Assembly (NCBI RefSeq): GCF_004010195.1 | Contig: NC_057718.1 | Span: 57,753,615-57,800,972 of the forward strand | Source of the DNA: Chiloscyllium plagiosum | Taxonomy: Eukaryota | Direction of reading: 5' to 3' | DNA: 47,358 bases | In this document: in pieces, positions 23,540 to 34,602 of the stretch | Layout of the letters: each line of letters opens with the position of its first letter | How positions within the stretch are numbered: position 1 is the stretch's first letter | Position numbers and translations under genes: made by a program | The notes under the pieces: generated by a model | The model's input: only the letters and a program-made list of their open reading frames with translations | Database searches by the model: none | What the model was told of the DNA's origin: nothing

Positions 23540-23880
23540 CAACGTTGCTCCATAATCAGAAGGTTGTGACATTAAATACGCTGTTAGACCCATGCGGGAC
23601 TGAGAGACAGTTGCACATCAGATCCAGAGACGAAGCAAAGAGATTCAAATGAGTGCTGAAGACTCCAGTGCATTATAGTCAAAATTCCTCTCCCAAATCA
23701 ACCTCACCAAAAACAAATTACCTCATTGTTCATTCCACGGCTGTTTTCAGAAATCGGTGTTCACAATGTCACTGATGTTTATCTGCAAACCAACAATGCC
23801 TGTATTTAAAAGGAATTCAGGAAGGTCTTAAGGACATTTCCGAAGCATTTAATAAAGTATTGCAGAAGTACATATTCTTT
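23540..23880 (+). mobile_element. Very old SINE remnant, possibly Deu-SINE (AmnSINE1/SacSINE1-like)
   Basis: CAAAATTCCTCTCCCAAATCAACCTCACCAAAAACAAATTACCTCATTGTTCATTCCACGGCTGTT resembles the Deu-SINE body as I recall it. AATCAGAAGGTTGTG lies at the 5' end. Not verified by search. Confidence 0.4.
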
Positions 23881-24689
23881 TAAGTTTTCTTTAACCAATA
23901 TTTCCAAAACAAACACAGACAAATAAGTCTTTTCCAGTATAAACTAAATATATTATTAATTCCTGTTTTCTAGACTATATGCCACTTCAATTTAATGCAG
24001 CAGTTAATCTAAAAACTGGCTTGGGTTATTGCACTGACACTTTTGATGTACCCTTACAAGTTCAGGCTGCATAGTAATTACATTCTTATAATTTTAGATG
24101 CTGTCTATGTTAATGGTTGATGGTCATTAGAAGCCCTATTCCACTACACTCTTGCTGACTGAGCTGACCTCCCAGAATTTCAGCTTCTAAGGCTTCTTAT
24201 TTACTTGTTTATTTTGTACAAATATTGCAAAAACTGTGGACCTGCTGCTGACCTTCATTATCACTGACTCGTTTCTACGTAATTCTTTTTCCGGGTTTAA
24301 AACAAAATTGGCAGGTCCTTCCTCTTGTTACAAAGAAACAATGATGCTAAATATTTAATTTAAACCTCATTGAACATCAAAGAAATCACTTGCAGGAGGG
24401 ATCATCTCCTCCATTCACTCATGTTCTTTCAATTTTCACGAGGTAAATAAATAAGGAATGCTGATATAAGATGTAATTTTCAGCCTTTATAGACATATTT
24501 CACAGCTGGAGCATAACTTGAAGCTAATGTTTTAACAGCATGGTAAATGTCATCTGTACATGGTTTGACATGTTCTGCCATCCATTTACATACATATCTG
24601 GATTATGGGGATTTATTATGGAGAAGTAATTACTCTCCTTATTAAGCCTCACAATGTAACCCAGTCCAGTGGACTGCTGGCTCATGCTA

Positions 24690-24900
24690 ACCCACCACAA
24701 TAGATTCTCTCTGACAGCTGGCACGTGTCTTTTCTTCACAAAGCCTCTCCAGGGTAACAGACCCCCACTGGTCAACCGTAACTGCTTTCCTGATGACAGT
24801 TAACCAGCACGTGTCTCATTGTTGCAGGGTCTTTCTGGTGAACCCTTATACCCTTGGGAGCTGTTCCTTTAAAATAAGGTCATGACCCTTGAACTTTCAG
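24690..24900. promoter_or_regulatory. Candidate enhancer: TGACAG/E-box pairs, Sox motifs and a composite nuclear-receptor element
   Basis: TGACAG 24712-24717 and 24794-24799; CACGTG 24722-24727 and 24808-24813; ACAAT 24697-24701; CATTGT 24817-24822; AGGTCA-TGACCC-T-TGAACT 24877-24895. Lies in a repeat-poor island. Confidence 0.4.
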
Positions 24901-26452
24901 ATGCTGCAACAAATTGAAAGATTAACACATTTGTTTTATAAAAATGGATTGTGTAAATCTTATTATGCTGTTTGGATGAAAAATAAAGGAGACAGCAAGA
25001 CTCCTGTGTGGTGTTTAGTGCCCAGCTGCAGCTAATTGACATTTCTTAAGGACTGCAAAAGGTGCAGTGGACTGAAGAGAAATTTCCTTCATCACTTTTA
25101 ATTCTTTTTAACAGGCAATCATTACTGAATAGTACTTAAAATTGAGCATCATTCTGACCAACATTATTTCAGTCTATTATTATAGCTAGCAGCTGCAAAA
25201 TAAGCCATGCTTTAAGCAATTTCACCTATTCCCATATAGAACTATTTCTTGGCACCAATATTTGAAAATCTATTTTAATTTATTTCCACCATATTAGCCC
25301 TCCATACACTGTATGCAATGTAGCATGCACACCCTTTTGCAGTACCTGCCATTTCCTCTTACATAAGTAAATCATTATACTTGTGCAACTCAGCTTTAGA
25401 TTAAGCAAACTTTGTTAGTTTAAACTGAAGATTCTAAACCTTACCATATCCTTATTTCTGGTTAGCATTAATGCAGTAAAGTTGGTTCCAAAACAAACTG
25501 GCTCTTACAAGCTAAGTTAGAAAAAGGACAATTTATTTTCTCATTAATGATCCTACATTTTACGAAATGTAATGATTGTTAATAAGCCTATTCACTCACA
25601 GGAATGAATGTGTTGTACCTTTTGATTGTTACTGTTTGGAATATAGCCAAACTACTCAGGTGAAGATGTCTTCTGGGACTGCAATGAAATTATAAACCTT
25701 TTACACATTTACAAATTTGCTGCATAGTGAAAAACTTCCAGTAGAAACTTTAATTTCATATTCATAAACATTAAGAACGTATAAGCAATGAAAGTACTGT
25801 AGAAATGCTTTTTTTGGTAATACAGTTTAGCTTTAATGCAAAAGAAAACTTTAGGTGAATTGATTATTTTGAATAGTTCTAAAGTTAGGTTGTGACCTTT
25901 TCATGTTATTTCCATAAAATGTTGCTGCCTTGTTTTCTACTTTGGAGTGTACTTGAATAGCATACTTTTGCACCTTTTATTGAATGTTGACTATTATTTA
26001 ATTGATTCACCTACTTATAAAAAGAAATGAGCTACTATAACTTATTAAAGTGTGCAATTATAAAATTGGCTACAGCATTAATTTCTTTACTACATTCACT
26101 TAGATAAACTATCACAACTCTGCATTGTGAGGACACAGAAACTTGAACACTCTCTTTAATAATACCAACACTTAGCAGTTGAAAGTTATATTATCTCATT
26201 GCCTGAGTTCTGATATACCATTTCTCAATCAAGACAGAACATTATAACATGATGATAATCTTTACATAATGAATGTAATTGAACTTTTGCTGACTGCTTC
26301 TTTATTATACTCAAGGCATGGAATATATCAGAGTTACTCACGAGGGGTCTGGCTCATCAACAATTAACTAATTGTTTTCAAAGGAAAGGTTTTTGTCAGC
26401 GGGGAGTTGCTAATCCACGGATCTAAGCCTAGCCTTTTCTTAGCTTGCTTAC

Positions 26453-26930
26453 CTGTGTAACATCTCCAGCTCCATCCATTCCATCTTGCAGCAGTCAGTA
26501 AACTCTTTGCAGTGCAGACCTGTGTGCAGGCTACAGAAACAGATCGCAAGTTGTATTTAATACAAATGAAGAAAAGCTAAGAAAATGATATGTGGCAGAC
26601 GGATTGTCGACATAGCCATTCCCCCAATAGCAGAAGTCCTTTTGATGGTCTGAACCCTCTAAGCTGTAGGCCCTGCTGAGCCCAGCAGGAGCCAAACACT
26701 GAGCACCATCTGCCAGGGCTTCACTGTTTTACTTAGTTTCCCCACATTTCCCCACCTCCACCTCCATCTTCATCACAAACTGATCTGAAAAGCTACAATG
26801 GAACAAAGAATTGGAGCTGATTGTATGGCAGAGTGAATACTTTTCAGCTGTGCTTGGTTAGTTTGGTTGCTTTGCTTCATGAACTAAGCCTTTTGTTCAG
26901 CTCCAGCTTTATAGCCACACTGGGGTGTGA
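26453..26930 (-). promoter_or_regulatory. Candidate minus-strand promoter and first or alternative exon
   Basis: Minus strand: CACCC box just upstream of TATAAA (26913-26908), and a strong donor CAG|GTAAGC after 26453. Unique, repeat-free sequence. Confidence 0.3.
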
Positions 26931-27086
26931 GGAGGGAAAAATAAAAGCAATTATTTTTTTGTTATTCTGCAGAGCTTGTTTTGGAAGCAGAATTATCAGT
27001 TTTTTAAAAAAAGGCAACATAAACTTACACTTCATGATACACGAGATCTAATTCAAAATCATTTTCAAATTAGTGTAAGAAGAATA

Positions 27087-27310
27087 ACAATACCTTGCAT
27101 TTCTGTAGTGCCTTCAACATGGGAAGTATCTTGATATCTTTCACAGAAGTGTAACAGTACAAAAATAGAATCTGACCTAAAGACACAGATAGTAGGCAGA
27201 GTGACCTAAAACTTAGTTAATGGCAAAGGTTTGACAGAGAATAATAAAGGGGGAGGCCAGTGGAAGGTTTAGAAAGGGAATTCCATACAATAGAACCAGG
27301 GTATCTGAAT
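27087..27310 (-). mobile_element. L2-like LINE 3' end, decayed
   Basis: Plus strand ACAATACCTTGCATTTCTGTAGTGCCTTCAAC...AGGGAATTCCA is the reverse-complement homolog of the tail at about 41530-41782. Confidence 0.55.
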
Positions 27311-27441
27311 CAGAGAGGAGTTGCAGCACAAAAGAGGCCAATCTACCTGTTAAGTCAGTGCTAGTTCTCTGAAAAAGCAATGCTGCTAGATCAACATCCT
27401 TCTCCATGATCCAACAAATTGTTTCATTTCAGATAATTATT

Positions 27442-27561
27442 AAGATTCAGTCATGGTTTTCACAAGAGAATTTAATAATTATAGAACATAGAACATGTAC
27501 TGTTCTATGTTCTATGTTCTATAATTATTAAGTTCTCTTTTGAAAACCACGACTGAATCTT
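27442..27561. repeat. 54-bp inverted repeat with a CR1 (TGTTCTA)n tail at its centre
   Basis: Arms 27442-27495 and 27508-27561 with 3 mismatches. Direct repeat ATAATTATTAAG at 27433-27444 and 27521-27532. Confidence 0.9.
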
Positions 27562-27761
27562 GCCACACACTCAGTTAATGCACCCCAGGTCCTAACTACT
27601 TGCTATGTAATAATGTTTTACTCTATGTTGCCTTTGGTTAGTTTGTTATTCACTTTAAGTCTGTGTTTTTTTACACTTCTTGGCTGTGTAACCAGTGGGA
27701 ACAGATTTTTTCTCTTAATGCTATCCACACTGCTCATGATTTTAAACACCTATATCAAATA

Positions 27762-28057
27762 GCGGTTAGCACTGCTGCCTCACAGCACCAGAGACCCGGG
27801 ATCAATTCCCGCCTCAGGCAACTGTCTATGTGGAGTTTGCACATTCTCCCAGTGTCTGCATGGGTTTCCTCCGGGTGCTCCGGTTTCCTCCCACAGTCCA
27901 AAAATGTGCTGGTTAGGTGAATTGGCCATGCTAAATTGCCCGTAGTGTTAGGTGAAGGGGTAAATATAGGGGAATGGGTCTGGGAGGGTTGCTTTTCGGA
28001 GGGTCGGTTTGGACTTGTTGGGCCGAAGGGCCTGTTTCCACACTGTAAGTAATCTAA
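27762..28057 (+). mobile_element. HE1-type SINE, slightly 5'-truncated
   Basis: Nearly identical to 3387-3683; ends CACACTGTAAGTAATCTAA. Confidence 0.92.
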
Positions 28058-28446
28058 AAAATCTCTCAGCCTTCTGTAAGGAGAACAGTCCCAGTTTCTC
28101 CGGTCTATCTTCTCCTCATCCCTGGCACTGACTTTATGAATCTTTTCATCATTCTTTTGAAAGCCTCCACATCCTTCCAAATGTGGAATCCCAAATTGAG
28201 CATGACACTCCAGTTGAGGCTGAAAAAATGCCTCATATTCAATACCTTCATAGTCATATTTATTCATTTATATTGGTGGATACATGGATCACAGAGGTTA
28301 GTTTGTACATACAGCAAGTGATTAGGATGGAAATGGAATCTTATCATGTATTTCGAGAGCATTGTAACATAAAAGTAAGGAAGTGTTGCTTTGGCTGTAC
28401 AGGACATTGGTGAGACCACATCTGGAAGTTTGTCATCATTACCGAA

Positions 28447-29363
28447 CAAGATGGCAGCGGAGTAGCAGGGCTATGTAAGCGCTTCTGAGCTTGGGGGCTT
28501 GTCAACTCCCATCTGTTTTCTTTCTATTAACATTTGCTCTTTTTCTTCTTCTTTAATTTTTGTTTCTCAGTTTTCTTTTCTTCCAAACCTTTTGCAGCAG
28601 GTTAATTGGAATTGGCACAGCAGCAAGAGTGGAACGTGTGTGGAATGGCGGCAGCCTTCTGGCGGTTTGAGTAGTGGCAGCAGACATGGCTCCTCTGGGC
28701 AATTGGAGGCGGCAGCAAGGATATCCTCCTGGTGTTTGGGGCCAGCGGTGGTGGCGGTTGTGGCAGGCTGACTGAGACTTCAGGCCGTGGCTAGGCTTGG
28801 GTGCCTGTGTTGATCATTCCAAAAAGCTTTATGAAGATAAGACTTAGACTTTGAGATCTGAACATTTTTCTTACCTTTTGTTTTTTGTTTAATTCTGCTG
28901 TTTTTTTTTGAGATTCTGGTTTTATAACCAAGGTGGTACTAGGGAACAGCAACTTGAAATTAGATTAGATTACTTACAGTGTGGAAACAGGCCCTTCGGC
29001 CCAACAAGTCCACACCGCCCCGCCGAAGCGCAACCCTACCCATACGTTTACCCCTTACCTAATACTACGGGCAATTTAGCATGGCCAATTCACCTGACCT
29101 GCACATCTTTGGACTGTGGAAGGAAACCGGAGCACCCGGAGGAAACCCACGCAGACACAGGGAGAATGTGCAAACTCCACATAGTTAGTCGCCCTGAGGC
29201 GGGAATTGAACCCTGGTCTCTGGCGCTGTGAGGCAGCGGTGCTAACCACTGTGCCACCGTGCCGCCCACGGTGTACACGTGTACACTTTTCACTGTACTC
29301 ATGTATTCCTATACTTGAGCACACATGACGATAAAGTCTAATTCTAATTCCAATTCTAGTTCT
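28447..29363 (+). mobile_element. Non-autonomous element with a Rex1/Babar-type tail (copy 3), carrying a nested HE1 SINE
   Basis: Head CAAGATGGCAGCGGAGTAG (28447-28465; 18/19 identical to 21068). Tail ACTTTTCACTGTAC...ATGACGATAAAG followed by (TAATTC)-like repeats. Confidence 0.7.
28959..29267 (-). mobile_element. HE1-type SINE, full length
   Basis: Reverse complement starts GGGCGGCACGGTGGCACAGTGGTTAGCACCGCTGCCTCACAGCGCC and ends ACACTGTAAGTAATCTAATCTAAT. Confidence 0.94.
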
Positions 29364-30314
29364 AAAGTTTAGTCTTCTTCCTCAATAAAGGATACAATTG
29401 TATTAGAAGTGCAAAGACGGTTCAATGTACAGATTCTTTTGATGAAGGAGTTGTATAAGAAAAGATTAGATAGATTAGGCCTGGTTAGAAGAATGATTGG
29501 TTATTTAATCAAGATGGATGCTTAAAGGGTAAGGGAAAGATTTATAGGAGAGACTGGAACTAGGGACTGAATCTTACATTTTTTGACTTAAGTGTGAGTT
29601 GTATTGAGTTTTTGTGGAGGGACTTTCTCCATGAGGCTGTGCAAGTTTTTTCATTGTATCTTTTCAAAGCTGCCTCATTAAATGCCTACTCTGCCCCTGT
29701 GACATTTTGCAAAACATTAGCCCTGCGTGCTCTCTGCACTGCCTACTCACTTATCTGGGATGACCTTGTCACTTTTTGCCCAGCACCAGCATAAACACCA
29801 GTGCCGGGCACTTGAATCTCTCTCAATCCCTCCCTTTCTCTCATTACCAAAGAATACAACTGATGACAGGGAAGAGAAAGCCTGTACAAGTGGAGAGGTA
29901 GCTGACATTTGGGTCCTCGCCATCTTTGAGGCGAGAATCCAGGCCCAGAAACTTGAGATCACTCCTGCAGGATATTGAACCATTCATGGCTTGCTAATCG
30001 TATATGTACTGTGCTTCATTTCACTGGAAAATTTCACAGTAACCCCACAGAGTGTATCATTCATTACACACCACTTCTAACCACTGGCCCTATGGCCTTC
30101 TCTCTCTTTTGACTGGCAGGTACTTCCAGCTTTTTCACCACCTCCGCAGTGAAATGCCAGCACCTCCAGATGTCACTGCCTTGACCCAGCAGCCAAGAAT
30201 GGAGACCCCAGAGGGAGCATTGACAAAGCTCCATCGTTTATCTCCCAAATGTCTCAGGCACTGATATGCAGGCGGGAATGTCAAGCTTAGAAAATTTGAC
30301 AGCACAAACTAGTG

Positions 30315-31070
30315 GGTAGTTCAGAGAAGGTTCACCAGATTTATTTCAGGATGAAAGGGTTGTCGTATGAGGAGTGGTTGAATAACTTGGACTTTTGCTA
30401 GCTGGAATTCAGAAGAATGAGGGGCTCAGTGGTTAGCACTGCTGACTCATAGCGCCGGGATCTAGGTTCAATTCCACCCTTGGGCAACTGTCTGTGTGGA
30501 GTTTGCACATTCTCCTGGTGTCTGCATGGGTTTCCTCCAGTTTTCTCCCACAGTCCAAAACGTGCAGCTAGGTGGATTGGCTAAGAGAAATGCGGGGTTA
30601 TAGGGTGGGGAGTTGGTCTGGGTGGGATGGTCTTTTGAAGGGTTGATCTGCACTTGATGGGATAAATGGCCTGCTCTTCCACACTCTTGGGATTCTCTGA
30701 TCTGATTGAGGTATATAAAAGGGATTGACAAAGTGAACGTTGAACAGATGTTCCCCCTTGTGAGGCAGTCTTGAACATGAGATCATAGACAAAGAGTGAG
30801 AAGAGGTAGGTTAAAAACTGAGATGAGGAGAAACTAATTATCTCTGAGGTTTGTGAATCTGTGGAACTGCCTCAGAGTGCATTAGAGGCAGAATCAATCA
30901 ACTGATTCAAGAACAAAATAGATATGTCTCTGATGAAAAGTGGGATAAAGGATTATAGGGAGCAAATGGTAGACACCAGAATAAGATCAGTCATGATCAT
31001 GTTAAATGCTGGAGCAGGTATGAAGAGTTGAATTGACTACTCCCGCTCCTAATTTCATTGTTCCTATGTA
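30315..31070 (+). mobile_element. CR1 LINE 3' portion with a nested HE1 SINE
   Basis: VQRRFTRFISGMKGLSYEEWLNNLGL...RRMRG continues after the SINE as DLIEVYK. The 3' UTR ends CTCCTAATTTCATTGTTCCTATGT. Confidence 0.85.
30423..30698 (+). mobile_element. Diverged HE1-type SINE
   Basis: GGCTCAGTGGTTAGCACTGCTG...GGTTCAATTCC...TGTGTGGAGTTTGCACATTCTCC...CTTCCACACT. Confidence 0.88.
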
Positions 31071-32040
31071 CCTCAGAGCTCTGAAAATAGCTGAGGAAGA
31101 AACACTGCAGATTGCTAACACTCAGAGGATTTTTAGAGACAAGGCACCTTCTTAGGTCCAGGTAGCAGAGGATCTGGTGGTGTCTGCAACCATGGATTTT
31201 GCCCACAGGTACAGGGAGGAAAAGCAGCAGGGGGCAGGGATGTGGGAGAGAATGGCCCTCATTGCCCAGAAGCTGCAGCAGTACAGTGAGTCAAGTCTCC
31301 ATGGACGGGCTGGTGGTCACCATGGAGATACAGGCCCAGCTCCATCAGAGCCTGCTGGAGAGGTATACATACCTGCATCCCAGTGTTGCAACCATTGCCC
31401 CTCAGAGCCAAAGGCACAGCAACAGAGGGACAGGGATTGGCGAGCACTCCAGATGTCTGTTCCTCACCAGGAGGCAGGGCAGTGCCAGCAGGTACTCATT
31501 TGGAGAAAGAACCACACACAGCCCCTTCAGATATCTCCATTCAGGACACTCAAGAAGTGGCTGAGCCCTTCACTCACAACCTTCCTAACCCCCACCAACA
31601 TTTGGAAATCATGCTGAGCAAAGTCCACTTGCATCTTGCAAGAAGACTCCTGGCATGCCTGACCCCATCTTGACACAAGCAGCCCCCAAGATCATTGAAT
31701 TAAACCTCAAAGACCAATGGGCTTCACTGCTGAGCAGGCTTCCTCTATTCCAGCTGCTAAACTAGACAGTGTCCTTCAGACACAGTGAGAGGGAATAGAA
31801 AAAGACATCACATTGAGGCCATTCAGCAGCATGGGCAGCAATGCATTGTATGTTATTTGGCACTTTTTAAATAAATGGCTCTACAATGACCTTACATCTT
31901 TCTTTTTGTCTCTCTGTGTAGCTCCAAAGGTTATTGTTCCAACATAAGACAAAATTTCATTGCCGTATAAAATGTACCATGGATCGATGGCTGTGGTGAG
32001 AGCTTGCTATAGTATTCAGAAGCAAGAGGATCAATGTATA

Positions 32041-32252
32041 CAGATATCCTCTGCTTTTCAAACATTCACTTTACGCAATTTCACTTTTACAAAAGAGCTA
32101 CATTAGTACCTGTTTTTGCAAATCCGAAGAGGATTTTTGCTTTTACGAGAAACAGCAATACTTTTTCCCATATGCACCTTTGCTTAACACTATTTTCGGC
32201 CTGCGAAAGATTTCCTGGGAATGCTCTACTTCGGATGGTGGGGGGCTACCTG
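32041..32252. mobile_element. Tc1/mariner (pogo/Tigger-type) MITE
   Basis: Starts CAGATATCCTC, ends GGGGGCTACCTG (reverse complement CAGGTAGCCCCC), flanked by TA at 32039-32040 and 32253-32254. Confidence 0.6.
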
Positions 32253-32684
32253 TATGTGGACAATAGGTGTTACTGACATGATTACCCCACCCCAGCCCCC
32301 ATTGTACAACAACTCTATTCTTTCCTGAGTCTATACATCCAGAACTGTTGATGCGTGAATGAGTTGGATAGCGGTGTCTGCATCAGGGAGGTGTGTAGCA
32401 AACAGGGGGCAATGCATGAGGATGTCTCAGGATTAGGGATGCCACAGGTTTGTGTTCGGGACAGTGCACGGGTTGGTGTGTGATATTCCTTCTCTTTAAA
32501 TGCCCTCATGTTGGTGGGTCCTGTGGCCCTCTCACTCACAGCTTGACACTCACCCTGCTCACTCCGACTGTGATCGTAGATGTTTTCTTCTCCTTTGCGC
32601 ATTTTTGATTTCCAGTATGATAGAAGATGTGAGTGAGTGTTCCTTAGCCAGTGATTTCCCATTCCTGCACCTACCTGTCTGTGA

Positions 32685-33010
32685 ATCAGTGATGGTGAAG
32701 TGGGCATGTCACTGCACCAGTAATCTGGAACCTCTAATGTTCTTGGGTCATAGGTTTGCCATGACTGATGGGGAAATTTGAATTCTATAAAAGGTTCACC
32801 TGATGTAAAACATGTAACCACTGGTCATTGGCATATCATCCCATCTGAACCATTAATAGTTTTCCGCCTAACAGTTTTTAAGGAGGAAAATCTGCTGTCC
32901 TTAACTGACCTGGCCTATATGTGACTCCACATCCACAGCAATGTGCTGGCTTTAGCAACCGGGATGAGCAATATGTGCTGCCTTAACATCCTATGAACAA
33001 ATAATAAAAA
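32685..33010 (+). mobile_element. Second tRNA-derived SINE family, decayed, near full length
   Basis: GTCACTGCACCAGTAATCTGG...GAAATTTGAATTC...GGAAAATCTGCTGTCCTTAAC...GTGACTCCACATCCACAGCAATGTG...CATCCTATGAACAAAT, homologous to 35298-36172. Confidence 0.7.
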
Positions 33011-34045
33011 CAAACAATTCCACAATATAGCAACTTGGCTTAATATTCTTGCCAATTTAAATTCAAGGAAAATATATATGGGCTGGTTAGCAACTAAATT
33101 CTTGTTCTTTTTTTCCCCTTACTTCTATAAACTGATTTACCTTTAGTCAGAGGGAAGATAAATGCATCAGGGAAAGGAACAAGCTTTTTGGTTTCATCGA
33201 TATCCTCTCAGGAATGGTTGTACAGCAGGATCACAGTTTACTCTTTGCCGTTTACCACTTGACAATATCTTATCTGTAACGATTGCTGAGTGTCTCATGA
33301 TTTTTGAATCTTTCTTGCAGTGTTGCAAATCAGGACTCCAGTTGGGGATCAGGGAAGGAGATATTTTAAAAATATTTAACTTATTTTCTGAATGTGTTGA
33401 AGCTTCTAACTTAATAGTCATGAGTCACTGTATTTATATAAACGTGAATTTTGACAGAATTGCTTCTGGGGCAAAATATAGAAGAGGGAGAACAGATAGA
33501 AGGTAGAACAGATAGATGAAACCGGTATTAAGTATGCAAATAAACAATAGCATATGTGGTGTAAACATAAATTTACAAACCATGTTTATGGTTAATAAAA
33601 ATCTGTGCCAAGTCCTTACACATTTTGGTCCAATTGCCTACACAGTCTGTCCCATTTACAGGGAAACTTTCCCACAATTCAGAGCTGTTTTTCTGGTGGA
33701 TACTGACCTGTTTGACAACCTCATCTGACTGGGTTCAGATTGATCTAGTTGCATCTGTGACGTAATTCTTCAACATCTTCACCTGATGAAAATATTTTAA
33801 AAATTAAAAAGGAATAACAAGAGTGGATTCAACAGAGAGAAAATAAAAAGGAATTTAACAGAGATACTCAATGGAATTCTAACCACAGCTAGAACATTGC
33901 TGGTCAGTATTTAGTTCCATTCTTGCTACACTCCCTCATCTGTAGCAATCCCCTTCAAACTTCTCCCCACATCATCCGTCTCTTTGACTATTCTCCCTTG
34001 CCCTGGGACATCCCCATGTTATGTCTAATGTCCTTTAACAACATC

Positions 34046-34195
34046 ATGGAGATGTCAGAGTCTAGACTGAGAGCAGCTTCTCAGTGATACCTTCTTGTAG
34101 GCTCTCCTTCTGGTCAAAGCAGCCTGGATGGATTTCACGGAGGCAGTGAGTCTATAGAAGCACCTCGGGCATTGCGGGAAACAGGTAAACAGCCA
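34046..34195 (+). pseudogene. Myb/SANT-domain remnant (Harbinger partner gene, exon-1-like)
   Basis: MEMSESRLRAA, frameshift, then SDTFL*ALLLVKAAWMDFTEAVSL*KHLGHCGKQVN. This resembles the FSD..LE.LL / K.AW..VA..V / QCRKR.NDL pattern. Confidence 0.5.
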
Positions 34196-34602
34196 GCTAT
34201 ATCTATGAGTGGATGACTATACCAGGAAGGTGACTGTGAATACAATACCACATGGCTGCTGAGGCTAGATTATATGAACATTAAATTACTAACTTTGGAT
34301 ACAATGTGCACAATATGCACACACCATATTTTTCTGTGTGATGGGAGGAGTATTACATGACAGCTTTAAGAGTGATCCTCATCCCATCTACCAATGACTT
34401 CATTAGCTCCAGCAGGCAAGTGCAGTGCAGGAGATCCCAAGTAAGATGAAGCCTTTAAGGCCCATTCCCTCTTCAGGATGTGTAACGTGATCATCCGAGA
34501 CAACTAGCAAGTGTGTGTGACAATGTTCTGGTCCCCTGATTGTTATAGAGGTTTAGAGGTTGCTGCACAAGGAAAAATGGTTTGGGTAGATCTACATTCC
34601 AA

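Larger units (their letters stand above)
27330..28260 (-). mobile_element. Old CR1 LINE 3' portion, interrupted by the fold-back insertion and an HE1 SINE
   Basis: ORF 27755-28267 begins GIEYEAFFQPQLECHAQFGIPHL. GCTCATGATTTTAAACACCT (27732-27751) is antisense to EVFKIM. Confidence 0.7.
28262..29580 (+). mobile_element. Decayed CR1 fragment split by the Rex1-tailed element
   Basis: LYRTLVRPHLE (about 28395-28427) resumes after 29365 with GTTTAGTCTTCTTCCTCAATAAAGGATACAATTGTATTAGAAGTGCAAAGACGG. Confidence 0.65.
29860..31870 (+). pseudogene. Remnants of a Harbinger-type Myb/SANT partner gene, interrupted by CR1 and HE1
   Basis: REEKACTSGEVADIWVLAIFEARI (ORF 29727-29978) resembles the R.TGGG...L...EE motif of Harbinger Myb-like proteins. 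SMDGLVVTMEIQAQ (ORF 31199-31564) resembles their C-terminal coil. Recognition from memory only. Confidence 0.4.

Noticed and set aside
33780..33805. CACCTGATGAAAATATTTTAAAA as a hammerhead core
   Set aside because: GAAA box absent, stem AT-only, and no Penelope tail.
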